From Phoronis australis (lineage: Eukaryota > Animalia > Phoronida), in contig NMRA01000143.1 in assembly GCA_002633005.1 (NCBI GenBank), positions 377,402 through 441,401 of the forward strand: a DNA stretch of 64,000 bases, in the 5' to 3' direction. A program made the translations under genes and the position numbers. Below are positions 36,334-50,900 of the stretch, in pieces (the stretch's first letter is position 1; every line of letters starts with the position of its first letter). The notes under the pieces are model-generated. The model was not told where the DNA came from, did not search any database, and saw only the letters and a list, made by a program, of their open reading frames with translations.

Positions 36334-38945
36334 CCTAGTCAATAGATGGTGCTCTAGCTGCTATGATGTTGGTGATGTGGACTGCCTCGAGTGCCTGTGA
36401 TCAAGTTTGTGTTGTTCAAGAGAATCAAGGTGAAGGTGCCAATGAAGATTTTGTCAAGGTCGATATCAAGCCGAGAACTGGTGGATGACACTTTCTAGCT
36501 TATTTCACCAGAGGCGGGCTGTTTGAAATTTTGCCTGGAACATACACTGTGCAAGGAGAATCCGACAGTTTCCTCTCTGGAAGTGCTCTACTTAGCAGCC
36601 TTACATTGGTTGAAAATGCACTTATCGACGAACCTATGGGCCAAACATTTTCAAACTGTGGATTATAACTCGGTATAAGTCTATGTATTCTCAAGTTGGA
36701 AACCTGTGGAATTTGATGTTTTACTCAATACCATTGTGCCATTAATTGGGTCATGTGACAATGCTTTTGGTGAAATTTTGCAAGAAAGGTACATCATCCA
36801 TAGGAAAACAATAGTGCCGAGAATACAGCGGGCAGACTTAGTTTGATATTGATGTTCAAGATAATATCTCAAAAAAAAACTTACAGCTTTTTAAATTATC
36901 AATTCCTTTTTGTGTTGTGTACATTTTGATGTTAAGTCCTTGTGCAAAAGTGGAACATTTTAAAAAGAATTCCTAAAAGTATTTAGAACAGTTCTTAAAA
37001 TGTGGTATCTGAAAATTTCGTACGAATCTGATCATTCATTTCCCAGATATGGTGTTCCCAAGTCAGCCAAATTTGGAATTATTATTATTATTATTGGAGG
37101 GCCCTACATCACCTCAGAGAACATTTCTCATTCAGTACAGTCCTACGTAACACTAATCCGAGTATCTTTCTCATTCGGGTCATTTTTATGAGAGGAGTGA
37201 TGTTATTTAAAATCATTTCTGGACAGATTAAAGGCTTTCAGAATTTTAAAATTTTATTTAATTCATTGCTTATCGTAGAGATCATTTTTATTGCAAAAAC
37301 ATTTCATAGCAAAACAAATCGCTACCACGACCTCTTGACCTTGACCTAGCCAATGGACTACCATCATGATAATTAACAGTCATGAGTTTACAACACGAGA
37401 ACACATTTTACAACACAAATATGGCGCTGATTCCAACATGTGCAGAATACTAATAGTTACAATTACTACATTTACATGGCTAACGCAAGGAGGCGTACCA
37501 TCACTGCCTAGGATGATGAGCTTGTAAAGGTGACCTCGTTATTATCTCCACATGTATTCAAACGCAGTGCTACACTCTGATGCAAGGTTTGGAAATTTCA
37601 TGTTTAAAAACTTTAAGCCATGCTCGTAAAGCCCAATTTTTTCTGTTCCACAATATGAAAATCTATTGCATAGCTGTACTTATTTCCTTTTTTCTTTTAC
37701 AGTAAAAATGATCGTGATGTGGGCACAATGCATAATCTGAAACTTGTTCGTGAATTGGCAGAAAAAAGATGCTGCGTGACAACACAATATGCGCAATATT
37801 GGAACCATGCTTGGATTTTTGCCACCCTGCAACTTCAAACATCCATCCAACTATGTAATCATACACACCTTGTGCTTCGCCATCAGAAACGCATTAAAAA
37901 ACCTATTCTATTCACACATCTTGGTGGTTTGAAGTCCACACACCATCAACAACTAATTCTAACATGATGATTCAAACAGATCACAAGTAAATTCATTCGA
38001 AAAGAGGTAATATACAGACAAAAACAGTTGCATCAAATGATGATCCGTCAGTGACCATCTTGACAAAACTTCACAAATTGAGCCTGTTATGAACATATTC
38101 CACTAACACGAGCCAAGTGAATACAGTGAGTCCTTGCTGACACAAAGATGGCCACCTTCCCTGCCTCGATCCTCGCTACCGACATTTGATTAGTATGTTA
38201 AAATCTCACCAATTTCTGCAGACGAGCAAAATCCCAAAATAGATTTCTTCCATTTGCAAAAGGTTCCTAACACAATAGTGAATTATCACAACTTGACAAA
38301 ACATGTCCAACAGTAGTTGTATTATAAAACTTTATAATGGTAAATCAGCTATTTGGTGCGACTCATTGTTTATGAAAAGAATCATTCATCCACGAAACGG
38401 GTGACATTGGTAACATTTTTCTGGTACCAACTTACAAAAGCCAGGCAACTCGTATTGCACACAACAGTAATGGCTGATACACTGTTAAACAACAGATCAA
38501 TGAAGTCGAAACGAATACTACTTTCATAGACTTGTATGAACAGGCCATCCAAACCTGAAAGCACCCTGCCAAAATAGTACAAAACATAGGTCCAGCTAAC
38601 AAACACTTTTTGGAACTTCAAGGATGTAGCTACGTGGCTAGTTCAAGCAGGTATCTATTCCATGACCATTCAGTCTAGTCCACCATGCCAACCACTGAGC
38701 TACCCAGCCAATCCTATGATGGGTGGACATACTTGTCCATTCTTGATCGAAAATGAAGCTGTTCCGTCGTCACCTACCGGGTAATACTTGTTTTCCTCCA
38801 TGACAGGAAGAATTTACTTTATGGTTTGAACTACTGGTGATCAGATAATGTCCGATGATTAGAACGGATATGAGGTAAATATCGTATAGCAGAAATAGTC
38901 TTGCACTGTTGTTCTTTCTACTCAAAGAGGGCGCCAGTGGGATGT

Positions 38946-41900
38946 TTACTGGGCTTTTACTTTTGGAGTTACGGTTAGGGAAGACCGGATGAGATGAAAG
39001 TTCTGAAACAAACATGGTCAGAAGAGTTTGGATGTCATTCTTGGGAAGACATACAAAAAACTAACACAGTCAAGCATTTGGAAAATTATAAAAACCCATT
39101 ATATAGTGTATTCACACCATGTCAAGACGACATGAATTCTGAAGCGACAGTTTTTCTGCAATTTGCTGTGACTGGTCAGAGCAGAACAAAATGAAGCTGA
39201 TGACAGTTTGACAATTGGTCAATTACGACACATGTTTAGCAAAGTGGTTTTGACGCATGTTTTGCAAAGCAGATATTATAATATAATTCAACAGACAGAT
39301 CATCTCTAGTCACTACACGTTACCTGTGTCAACAGCCAGACCAGGCCGATATAACCAGCTATTGCGAGCGCGAGGAAGAGGTCAAATATGGCCGGCTTGA
39401 CACTGAAAGAAAAACGAGGCGAAAATAGTCCGTGTTAATTAAAGAGGAAGTTGCACGCTATCTCTGCAATTGCTTGACCAAATTATTAGAAACAACATAC
39501 AGCATCGATGTGAATATGAAGTAGGTTGAAAATTTCCATAAGTTTTTAAAGGGGTTTTTCCATAGATAAGCCCACCCGATGAAACGCCTATGTGCGTTTA
39601 CTTGGAAAATTATGCCCATGGGCGTTTATTTGGTGTTACAACTTCTGGTGTCAAGTGTCCAGATAATGGGGGATTTATTCGGAAAATTTCCTCTTAAAAG
39701 CCCACTAAGCGTCAACTTTTAGTCACAAATTCAGCATTTGTCATTTATGAAAATGAACAAAGTGCTAGCGAACTGAGCATTTATTAACATAAAATTTAAA
39801 AACACATTTTTAAGTAAAAATGTCAGTCAGGAAACCTATGACTTCCTGCTTGCATGCCCCCCCTTTTCCAAATAAACACCTGGGCGATTATTTGGCGTTA
39901 TCGAAACATCTGAAATTTTTTATTTTCCTAATACACGCCCATGGGCTTATCCAGGGAAAATCCAGCCTCTAATGCACTGTCTGCTTCTTGCAAGCCAAAA
40001 ATACAGTCAGGTTCTTGACTGTATTCACTTCCTTATTTGGAAAGTCATGTCAGTTGACTTGCCCATAGGTGTCGCATCAGTGCTGTGCATTTACTAACAC
40101 AAGCGCAGAACATGCAGACAGTGAGATTATAAATGTGTTGCAGAGATCAACATGGAATTATAATTATTGTGATGGGGTAACAATGCGTGTCGTTGGGAGG
40201 GCCAACCTTCATTGATAAGCTACAATCACCAATCATGAACCATAAATGTGATGTTCATTAACAGTAAGCAACTACATACCTGTACGCATACATGGTAAAC
40301 ACTGAACCATCGTAAAACAAGAAATCAGGATCCCTGAAAACAAATTGGGAATATAGAAGACTGAATATCCAGTATTTAACTAAATTTCACCAAGACTGCT
40401 CAAGCTCCACAGAGTGTCTCCTTATTTAATTTTTTTTACAAAATGTTGTAGTTATTTGCTACCTTTATAACCTTTGCCGTTAATTCGAAAAAAATTACCG
40501 ATGAGTAAGGTAGACAAGGCTTGTCAAAAATCATCACTGGCCCAATCTTAGTTTAAATTCAATGCAAGGGAGTCTTGCCTCTTGATAACCATTGCTGCAA
40601 AAAACTTGAATAAGAACCCTGAATAGCAACATCAGCGAAATCTGTCACCAAGCACACCTTAATCTCTTACCAGCTACCTTTTGACATGTTCATTCATAAC
40701 GATGTAGCTTGTGCGGTACACACAGTCAAGTGCGCCGTAAGATTGTTCATAACACTGCTATTATTATGGGAGGAGAGTGTACATTGGGGAAAGGGATGAC
40801 TGCCACAACACTTTTATGACCAGACTTTTTAAATCAAAACTCTCACTCCTCTGTTACATCCCTTTTAATTGAACTACAGCTATTGCTGTCTAGAACCAAA
40901 AACCTACAAATATGTCAGGGTACAACATTCAACTTCTGCACGAGTCAGGGTACAACATTCAACTTGTACTCATGTCAGGGTACAACATTCAACTTGTACT
41001 CATGTCAGGGTATAACATTCAACTTGTACTCATGTCAGGGTACAACATTCAACTTGTAAGTGTGTCTGGGTACAAAATTCAACTAATGTACGCGTGTCTG
41101 GATACAACATTCAACTTGTACGCCTGTCAGGGTACAACATTCAACTAGAACATGTGTCAAGGTACAACAGATAGACAACAGGCAATCAACACACAACATT
41201 TGAAGTTCTTGATCAACATCAAAACACTCCTACATTCAACCATGCCCAATTATTGTCTTCACCTCACCTGTTGTCTGTTGCTAAGGTAACACGTCTGACA
41301 TCCTTGAGGTAGTGTGACATAGCTTGCTCCAGTGTGGCCAGTAGCCGGTGACCCTTGGGCAGTAGTTGAGTGGCGCGAGGTTGAGCAGTCAGCACGTCCA
41401 TCCATGAGTCCAGCATATCTGGCTGGACACGCTGGGTGCATGAAAAGGAGAGCAAGAATTTAGCCAGTCGTCACTCGTGTGACAACACAACATATTAGAA
41501 AAAAGTATTATAAAAGAATTCTTCAATTTTGGCCAAAATGATTTTGCAAAAAATGGCGTTTTCTGATTATATTGTTAGATATGGTCAGAATTTTACCAGA
41601 CATTATTTACTGACAAATGGCGAGTGCATATCATACAAATATTAAGCAAAACCTTTTCAAAGTTTCTTCTAGTTGAGAAATTTGAGATTAAACTTCCACA
41701 TATTGTCTCTAAAACTGCTGCAAGTTGACTACACAGCTTCTGTACAAACAATGTCAACAACTTGGGACAAAATACGGGGGGAGGGGGGCAAGTAACTTAC
41801 GGCTTATTCATTTTTTGATTAGTGAGGTGCAGAATCATGGATTCTCTACGTGTAGAGACTAATTAAGAATATTCGTCTGCCCAGTGACGCGGCTAAAAAC

Positions 41901-44900
41901 ATAATACTAATAGTATGACTGGATAACAATATTGGCCGATTGTAGCCATCTTGAACCATAAAACACAGTATGGCTTTAAGTCCAGGTGTCCTACTCTGAT
42001 TCTGTAACTGTGAACAAACATATTTTCATTTGAACACATATATGTACATTTGCACATATGTCTGTTCATTTGAACTTGAAACACACCGTCTGATCACTTG
42101 AAAACAGGTCTTCATTTGAACACACACAGCTGTTCAGGCAATAGTCGGATATAATGAGCCCAACTTTTTAAAACCAGTTTTATGCCCGTTATTCAGCAGA
42201 GAAAACTGGTTCTCATAACGCAAGCGCATTATATCAGACTAGTACCCACTATTCATGTGGACACATCTGTTCATTTGAACACACATGTATTCATTAGAAC
42301 ACACACCTGTTCACTTTCAAAAGCAACAGTAAAATGCTTTATGAGCCACAAAATGAACACCCACCATCCTTACCTAACCATACCCTTCGACATTTCATCA
42401 GCCAACAAAATTTTCACAATATCTGACAAAACGTTACACGAGAGAGCTGTTACATGAGAGAGACGTTACATGAGACATTACCAGTGCGTCCTTAAACACC
42501 TCTGTACTGGTCTCTTGACTGAAGTTGTAGATGTGTCGAGCCAGACTCTCCGCCAACAGCTTCGTATTTCTTGATAAAGCACCGATGTCTACCTTGCTTC
42601 TATTAATATAAAAACATTTAAATAAAGGTTAGTGCAGCTCAAAAAACACGACACTCGTTTAATACTCTGAAGTCATGTGACGGTAAAATCTCATCAATTT
42701 AGAACCCAATATGGCCGACAAGTGAAATTTTAATGATCGTTTTCCCACCAAATTAAATGATTTTAAATGTTCAAGCTTTGCAGCACAACTACCATCAAAC
42801 AAAGTCTTGAAAATTTGTGGGCATTCACAACAATGTTAGAAACCATAGAAAAATGAAAAACGAGCATTTTATCAATTATTTTTGTCCAATTTTGATGAGA
42901 TTTTACTGTATTTCACCAAACAAAACCAGTTACTTCATTTTTTCTCTTATTCCTCCTCATTCAGGTACCAATAATCACCTGATCAGGAAAATTAATATGT
43001 TTCCATGGGAACAGAAACTCACCTTAGAAGACAACAGAATCTGCCTGCTCAGGTAACATAGCTCACCTGTTCAGGCAACACAGCCCACCCTGTTGAGGCA
43101 ACAGTAGTCACCTGTATAGATAACCACTCTCTCATTCTCACAAGCAATTATCAAAGTCTGCAGAAGAAATGGTTCTCACATATACAGGATTAACCCTGCA
43201 TTGATAACCAGTTCTGGCCTGAAATCCAATTTTCCAAACAAACTCGAGCTCCACAGTGGTTTCGATAATTTCTTTGGTATCTAAGTTTTAGTATTACCTA
43301 ACTGATAAGTTTGTGTATTTTGAAATTCTTACACAATCTGCCATTGATTGGACCATGGCTACCAGGTTGTTTTTAATGAATGCATAACATTGATAAAAAC
43401 ATGGTATCAATAACATGACCAAATTTCATTTGATATATATGTTAAAGTAATTTCAAAAACAATTTCTAACAGTGTTTCGGAAAGCAATGCATACCATCTG
43501 AACATTTCATCATAATCTCATCAACAATTTCAACAACGCTAAGAAGTTAGCCAACCTTTCTCACAATAAGTGTATTAGGGGTGAGCTCAAATAAGTTGTA
43601 GTTAGATGAGTAAACAATCCACGCTTGCACTTGATGACCGCAAATTAAGAGTTCAAACTTGACATCTCAATTTAATCTCGTGTCACCAAATGGGAAGGTG
43701 GATCATGAAACTCTTCTATCGGAATCACAATGTATTTAAGCACAACATGAAAGACAGAACATGGCAGAAAAGAAAATGTCAAAACCATGCTCGAGTTTGA
43801 ATTCAGCGACAGAACTGGTGACCCAGACGTCCCCCCTCATCAGTTTAGTGAACAACACCCACCTGTCATCCTGGAGTGTTGTCCTGTGAGCTAGGGTTGG
43901 ACCACTCAGGTGAGACAGCGTGTACGCTGGCAACCGACGGATACTAAAGCGCTCGTGTTCCCATGACAACACGTCCTGGGCAAGATTGATTTTCTTGTGT
44001 ACCATCTGTAGTTTGACCTCGGGTGAGAATGACTGAATGACTCGCTGGAGGTTCTGAAATTCATTAGTGTTTTAGTATTTGAACTTCATTGATTCTGGAG
44101 GGGCTCCTCAGTGAATGAAAACTGGTTTCCAGGAAGATTATGGAGTGGGGGAGAGATATACAAAACATGACAGTGATAGAATTATGCACATAACAACAAC
44201 GAAGAACTAAAATACATTTTGATATCCAAAAATAGTAGCAACAAGAAGCAAAAGCATGCATAATGAAATAGGAATTTGGTTAATTGATTAATTTATCGGC
44301 TGTACTGTGCAAATGTAGTCAGAAAACGATCACAAGAGAAAACAACAAGTGTCGTTCCTCGATCAGCGTCCACCTGACATTTAGTATGGCACCCTCTGCT
44401 AAGATGACCTGCAGTATACAGCAGGCATCAGAAAAAGAGTGCAAATCAACTGACATGTTATCATCCCAGTAGTTTTCAATTCAGAAGGCAAACTCTTGTC
44501 CAGTTGCCTACATATAGTTTCATTACCCATTGATCCTGATACCTACCTGCATAAATATGTCTCCCACACTGCCCTCTTTGGGTGGCTTTGACACATGAAG
44601 GTATAGAACGTCCTCAGCGCCGACCGTGTCCAGACACACGACTTGAGCGACATCTGTGAGTAGGGAGGACTCTACAAGATAATGAGCGAGGAGTGAACGT
44701 AATGCATTACAGGAGTGAAGGCACTGCAGGTGTAAGACTGCTGGACAGAGAAAATGCGCTTAACACAATCAGTTTGATTAAACAAGCCCGCAATTTACAA
44801 TGGGCCATGTTAGATACTTGGCTGACTAGACTTTTGTATGTATTAGCCAAATTTTCTGAAATCTTTTAGCAATTTTGAAGTTATTAGCCTGAGAGATTGC

Positions 44901-47900
44901 TTTATGCCAGTATCCCACACTTGAAAATTTCACTATTGCAATTATTGCACGTTGGTTCTTTTTTCACTATACGAAAGGAAAGGTGCTTTAATTCGGAACA
45001 AGTCTATTCTCTGCCCAGTTGACAAAAATTGGCGCATAAAACGCTAAATCTGTGAAGGCTAAATTAATGTGTTAACAATGCAATAATAACTCAATTATTC
45101 TTCCCAGACCACAAGCTGATAACTGCATTACGAGTGGTCCAATTCTAAGCTTATTAACCTAAAAACCTTAAAAACAGGGTTACGAATTTGCAAAACCTTT
45201 TGTTACCCAAGTTTCTTATCAATGTCGGGGAAGCAGCATTATTACAAACTGTAAATAAAATTAATGTAAGTGTAGTCCTGAACATGGCCAGAACTGGTGA
45301 GGAATCACTCAGTCATGTGACCATAATGGACACTTGATGTGACACTCCCTGCTAAGACCACCTGTATTATAGAGCAGGCATCAGAAAAAGAGTGCACAGT
45401 CTGGCCTAGAGATGGCAGTATCGTGGTGTCATTCAGCACCACCTAGGCAGGGGCAACTGAAAGTCTCTACTGACTCTACTAACTAGGTAAGACAGGAAAT
45501 GCTTTACTAAAAGTATTGAAGTGAAACTATATAACAAACATATTCTGCATTTCACAGAAATGTCATATTCACGCGATCACATGACTGCATGACAGGCATG
45601 GCATTCCCTCTCACCTGCAGAGTCCAAACTCTCCTCTATCCATTTCTTCGTACCCTGATAGTTGAACTTTCCACCCCCGGAGAGAAAGAAGAGAATGTTG
45701 AACCTGTGTGGCCATAAAATAATTCAGTCAACGCGGAGATAAGCACGCCAAGATTCGACCCAGTGTTTTATCGGAACTTTGGAAGGGTATAAATGCGGAG
45801 CTTATTCTGGCCACATAATTCGAATGTTTAATGATCACATATCTGCCACCACTACCGCGAAATTTGGACAGTCACAACTCATTTTCAAAAAGTTTGCAGA
45901 TTTTAGATTTTTTCCGATTTAGGTAACCACTTATGAGTTTGGATTAATCAATATACTCCAACAACGGTTGTACCCATTGTAGGCTCCCAGGGAGTTGAGA
46001 AGGATTACAATTGACCAGGTCCCTGGCCAGGTAATAATTTTCGAAGTGCTTAGTAACTTACGGCGCTATGCAAACCTGTTGTTATTGTTTTTAATTTTGG
46101 AATTTTAATTTTATTTGACTGAGTCCAAACCGTCAAAACGATGTCATACAAAACAAGTGAATAGATGTTTAAAAGAGGCCTGAACTACATGTTTCAGCAT
46201 TTTAATATGAATTGTTAAAGTATAAAGGTTGGTTACTGGCATCCACATATTCCTAAAAAGTGCACAGTATTTTTCTTTTTTACTTTGAAAAGTAAAAATT
46301 CATTAGTTCCGTAAAGCCCCACTGCAAGCACTGTTTTTCGCGACGTCACTGAGGCTGTACAGCACAAAGAGATAGGTCATTAGTCATGCGAGTACGTAGT
46401 CCAGTCGACAGATCAACATGTGCATACTCACAACCTTTTTCGGTTTTCTTTCCTGTGACTTTGATTCATCCCAGGACCTACCCAGCCAGCTAGCTGTATG
46501 AAAATTATCTTCAAAATACAACTAGGTACCAGTAGCACTGTGTTGAGCTCCGTTAGACTCCGAAATTTCACATAGCCCGGGTGGTTCAGCTCGTCACCTA
46601 GTCGCGAAACTTATATCAACATCTAGAGCTCTAAACCGGCAGGGGAGCGTGCAAATATCTGGGTGTCAACCGACACTCACCTTGCCCGCTGGAGCCATTT
46701 AGGTGAAAAACAATCTAGTAAACCTTATTTTATTTCATAATTCTCAGCCTTTAGTAACAAAGAAAACAGTATGCTCAACACACGCTATTTCCTAAAATTT
46801 TGCGACATCTGTCGGGAAATGATGACAGCTTCGTAGGAGCAAAATTTTTTATGAAATTCGGTTTCCTGGCATTAAAATATTAGTAACTTGTAAGGAAATG
46901 AAATCAGCTCTAGTAATTTATTGTGACATGTACACAACTTTGAAGAACAGTTTGATCGCTTGGAAGAAGAACAACTCGGGGAACAAAACTGGCCAATAAG
47001 GCAACAGGTGACGGCGCCGAAAACCGACCTTAAAGAGTGCACCCAATTTTTAGCAGCAGAGTGAACGGCAGAACGCCATTTTTTTCAACACCAGTCAATA
47101 ATTTAGTTTACTCAAGGAAGAGTGTAATTTTTAATGACACTAATTTTGTGTCAGATTTTATTTGATCAGTTTTTATGCACGTCGTAGCAACGGGCATTGT
47201 ATATTTACTATACAGCTTGCACCAAGGCAAGGCTATGCAGTCGGGGCCCTTTCCTGTCCCGTGCCGAGAACAACATCGTTACAATATTAGTCAACACCAC
47301 ATGGCAGTAAACTTGTATTATGAACTTTTTGAGAGCCGAGATCGCAGACGAATTATACACATTAAGCACAGTTCTGTAGCCGAGAGGCATTCACCCAATG
47401 AGCTACATACATAATAAGCTTGATTTATCTTATTGCCTTCACCCACGGTACAGCCTCAGTGATGTCAGACGCGCATTAGCCAATAGGAATTAACATTGGA
47501 AAAATGCTTTTCCACAAAAATGTGAAAGAGTAACAAAGATGTGATTTATGATATAGACTTCATTCATCAATTAAATTACATTAAAAATGCACGTTATTGT
47601 ACTTCAGGAACCTTTTAAGTTAGCATCAAGGGTGTTTAAATTGAACAAAACTCAAGGGGGAGGTGTTAAACGGAACACAATAACTAAATCGTACATTAAA
47701 GAAAAATGGGGAATGTGATTGGCTGGTCAAAGGTGATAGTTCAAACACATTTGACAATTAAAAAATAAAAATGTCGAAAATAATGCAAGCCAGATTTGTT
47801 CCAAAATGCTCAGGTTCTTTTGTTTCCCAATTTAAGGGATTTGAAAAATAGGGAGACAGACGTCAGGCAGACAGATGGCGGTTAAAAGCAGCCAAACATT

Positions 47901-50900
47901 GCTGAATGTGCACATAAAGTACATCAAACCTAGTCACATCAAGAACAAACAAGCAGCATAAAGTTTTTGAATGCAGTTGTTTAGACATGACCACATCTAT
48001 CAGATTCGTCAACACAGACCTGTTTGTGATCCGGAGGGTGGACTTAGTTTAACAGTGAATATTTGATGGAAAAATGAACCAGAAAACCTGGAAGCTGTGA
48101 ACAAAATAAGCCATAACATCCACGACTTTGGAATGCAACAGATGTTTCAGACTATTCTGTGACAGAGGTTTTTGCATTCCGGTTATCAAGCAGGAATCCA
48201 ACAACTTCAACGCCTACAACCATCGCCACCTGTTGGTGGCATTTAACACCGTACCTTTAGGGAAGAATGTATAGAATACTTACTTGGCGTGTGTCCTTGA
48301 GTTGGTATACAGTTTGGAGAAGAGTCGCATCAGCTCTAGCAACATGGCCACACCACTGCCATTGGAGTCTGCACCGTAAGACAAACCCTAGAACAATACA
48401 ATCATACCAACACAAATCGTTAAAATGTGACCACGACTGCATCACAAATCGTACGCTTCTGTGGCTGTTTATTATTATTACTATAATTACGGTGCAGAAT
48501 GTACTAGATCCGTTTGAAAATTGAAAGCACTCTTAGCCAGATCCATTCGACACAAGTTGTCATCTGTAGCCAGGTTTACACAAATAAACTTGTCACGTTT
48601 CCCAAATATCCTGCAGGGGGCGCAGGAGATACATCTGCGGACGCAAAAAAAGCAAAACTGTTGCTAGGAGACGTCACATTAGTCAGATTTATTTAAGTGA
48701 ATTAAGATGGCTACGAACCCACGTTGACCATTTGCTGCTATAAAATTAGTGTCAACTTGTTCCTTGCTTAGAAGAGAAGTGATTTCAGGGTTTGCAAAAA
48801 ACTGCATGTTAGGAATTCCTTGAGATCTCACATAGCATAGCTAATGAACCAGGTTTTTTGAAATCACCTCCTATTTGGCTAAGGAACAATTTGAGATCAA
48901 TTTCACCCTGAACATGGATGTGATTCAGAGATAACTTACAGGAGCGACTCCAAACGCGTCATAGTGGGCCACGAGGGCTACTGTTGGAAGTTGTTCCTCA
49001 ATGCCATAACCAGACAGCTTGCCCTGTGAAGAGATAGAATGCCTCGAATATCATACAGCAATGGACAGAACTGGCTGAACGAACCAGAAATAACGGTTAC
49101 ATAAACAAGCCACTGCATCAGTCCAGTGGTGAATTCAGGTGAACAGCTACAATCACATCCCGCTATAAGAAACATGACTTGAAACAAATGCACTCAACCT
49201 TGACATTCCATTTCACAATTCTCATTTCCTCCCCAGGTTTTCTAATGATCATTACCATGTGTGTACATTTCGTTTTCATAGGACTCCGATACAACATTCG
49301 CAAGGCTGCAATGTTCCAGTTTCAATGTCCCAGTGGGTAATGCCAACATCTTTTCAGCAGAACGCCACCAAAATCTGTCTAGACAATATCATTCTACAAG
49401 AGAAACTGCCAAACCTCTCCAAGGCAATAACCCGAACTGGGCCCATTGTACATCCCAAACCAAAACGTAATTGCAACGTCAAGTTATTACTCACGTATAT
49501 ACTGTCTATCTGGTAATCAGTGAGTGCCCTAGCATTTGGCCCATTGATCACCATTTGGTAGCCATTGGCAGACGCTGTACTGAACAGTGCTGGAAAGAAG
49601 CATATTATTCCCAGGTTGGTCACACTCTTGCCTCAATAAAACAAGATAAAATAAACAAAAAGATAAAAATTTCCAAAATACTTTCCTTGACTATTTCCTT
49701 CATTTAAGTTAATGATATCAACCAAATGCAGTTTTCATTAACTTATTAAACGATTTTTTGTCAAAATCCTCACACAGTTTCCCTGTGACACTGCAACACT
49801 TTTGTCACAGCTGACGGATATCAAAAAATAATGATGTATATTCCATAATCATTCACCCCTTAGCTTCACAATAAGCAGTGATCTACCTTCCGTGGCTGAG
49901 CCCGCCTGGTCACTGTTGACCGACGACTGGACGTTCTCGTAAATGTCCAGCAGCTCCGGTGTCTCTGTGGCGAAGTAGACAGGAACAGAGGTCTCCTCCT
50001 CCAACAGGTCTTGTTCTAAATCTAACAGTAACTGGAAAATTAGATAACAGAGGTTACAAAAACCCTTAGTTCATACAGTTTTAATAGTCTTTCTATCATT
50101 CTGAAAAAAACAGGCAGATTGGAAGATTTTACCCATGAGGAAACTGATGGCGTCGTGTCCCCATGAGTCATAATCAGGTCATTAGTGTAATGGGCTCGGC
50201 CTCGCGGCCTAAGCACGCCTGATGTACCACAAAAGGCATCAGGCTACTTGCATTCCTTTTACCAAAACCCTGGCACATCAGTTAGTAAGTTCATCTAGTG
50301 TTTGGTGAGTCTAGTTCCAGCCAGATTTCTAAGACTACAAAAATAACTCATTAAACAGAGGTCACTTAAGCCCTGGCACAATACTTTTAAATACATCTAG
50401 TGTTTGGTGAAAAAGCTCCTCTAGATTCCTTTGCTCTTGGCTTTTTCCGGCTATAACATTAGCTTGCAAAACAGATAACAGGGGTCACTTATATAGTGAC
50501 AGATGAGCTAATCTACATGTAGTGTTTGCACTAACAAGCAACTCCATCTAGTGCTTGGTCACAGAATCAGCCTCGATCCATGTGGAGCCAGTTAGCTGCG
50601 AAACAGTTGTAATTACCTGTTTGTCTTCAGCTGACAAGCTGGTAATGTCGCTGGGCAGGAGAACAAGCATTCCCCCAGCGTTCTGTGACAAGGCACTTTT
50701 GAATTTGTCGATAGTGAGCTCACGGAACTTGGCAATGGGACACCGCCTCACAAGGGTCTTGGAATCCAGGGGACGTGCTTCAACATTGACCAACGTGTTG
50801 CGACAACCTAAAATTGACACAAAAAGCACTGCAGACTGAGTGCTAGACAAGAGAAGCAAATGAGAATCTTTGAGTAGCATACAGCTGCAATGGCAGGGAC

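Noticed and set aside
40912-41148. Repetitive peptide ORF ([10 protein letters not shown])n
   Set aside because: Translation of a 30-bp intronic minisatellite antisense to NCLN, with no splice or homology support.
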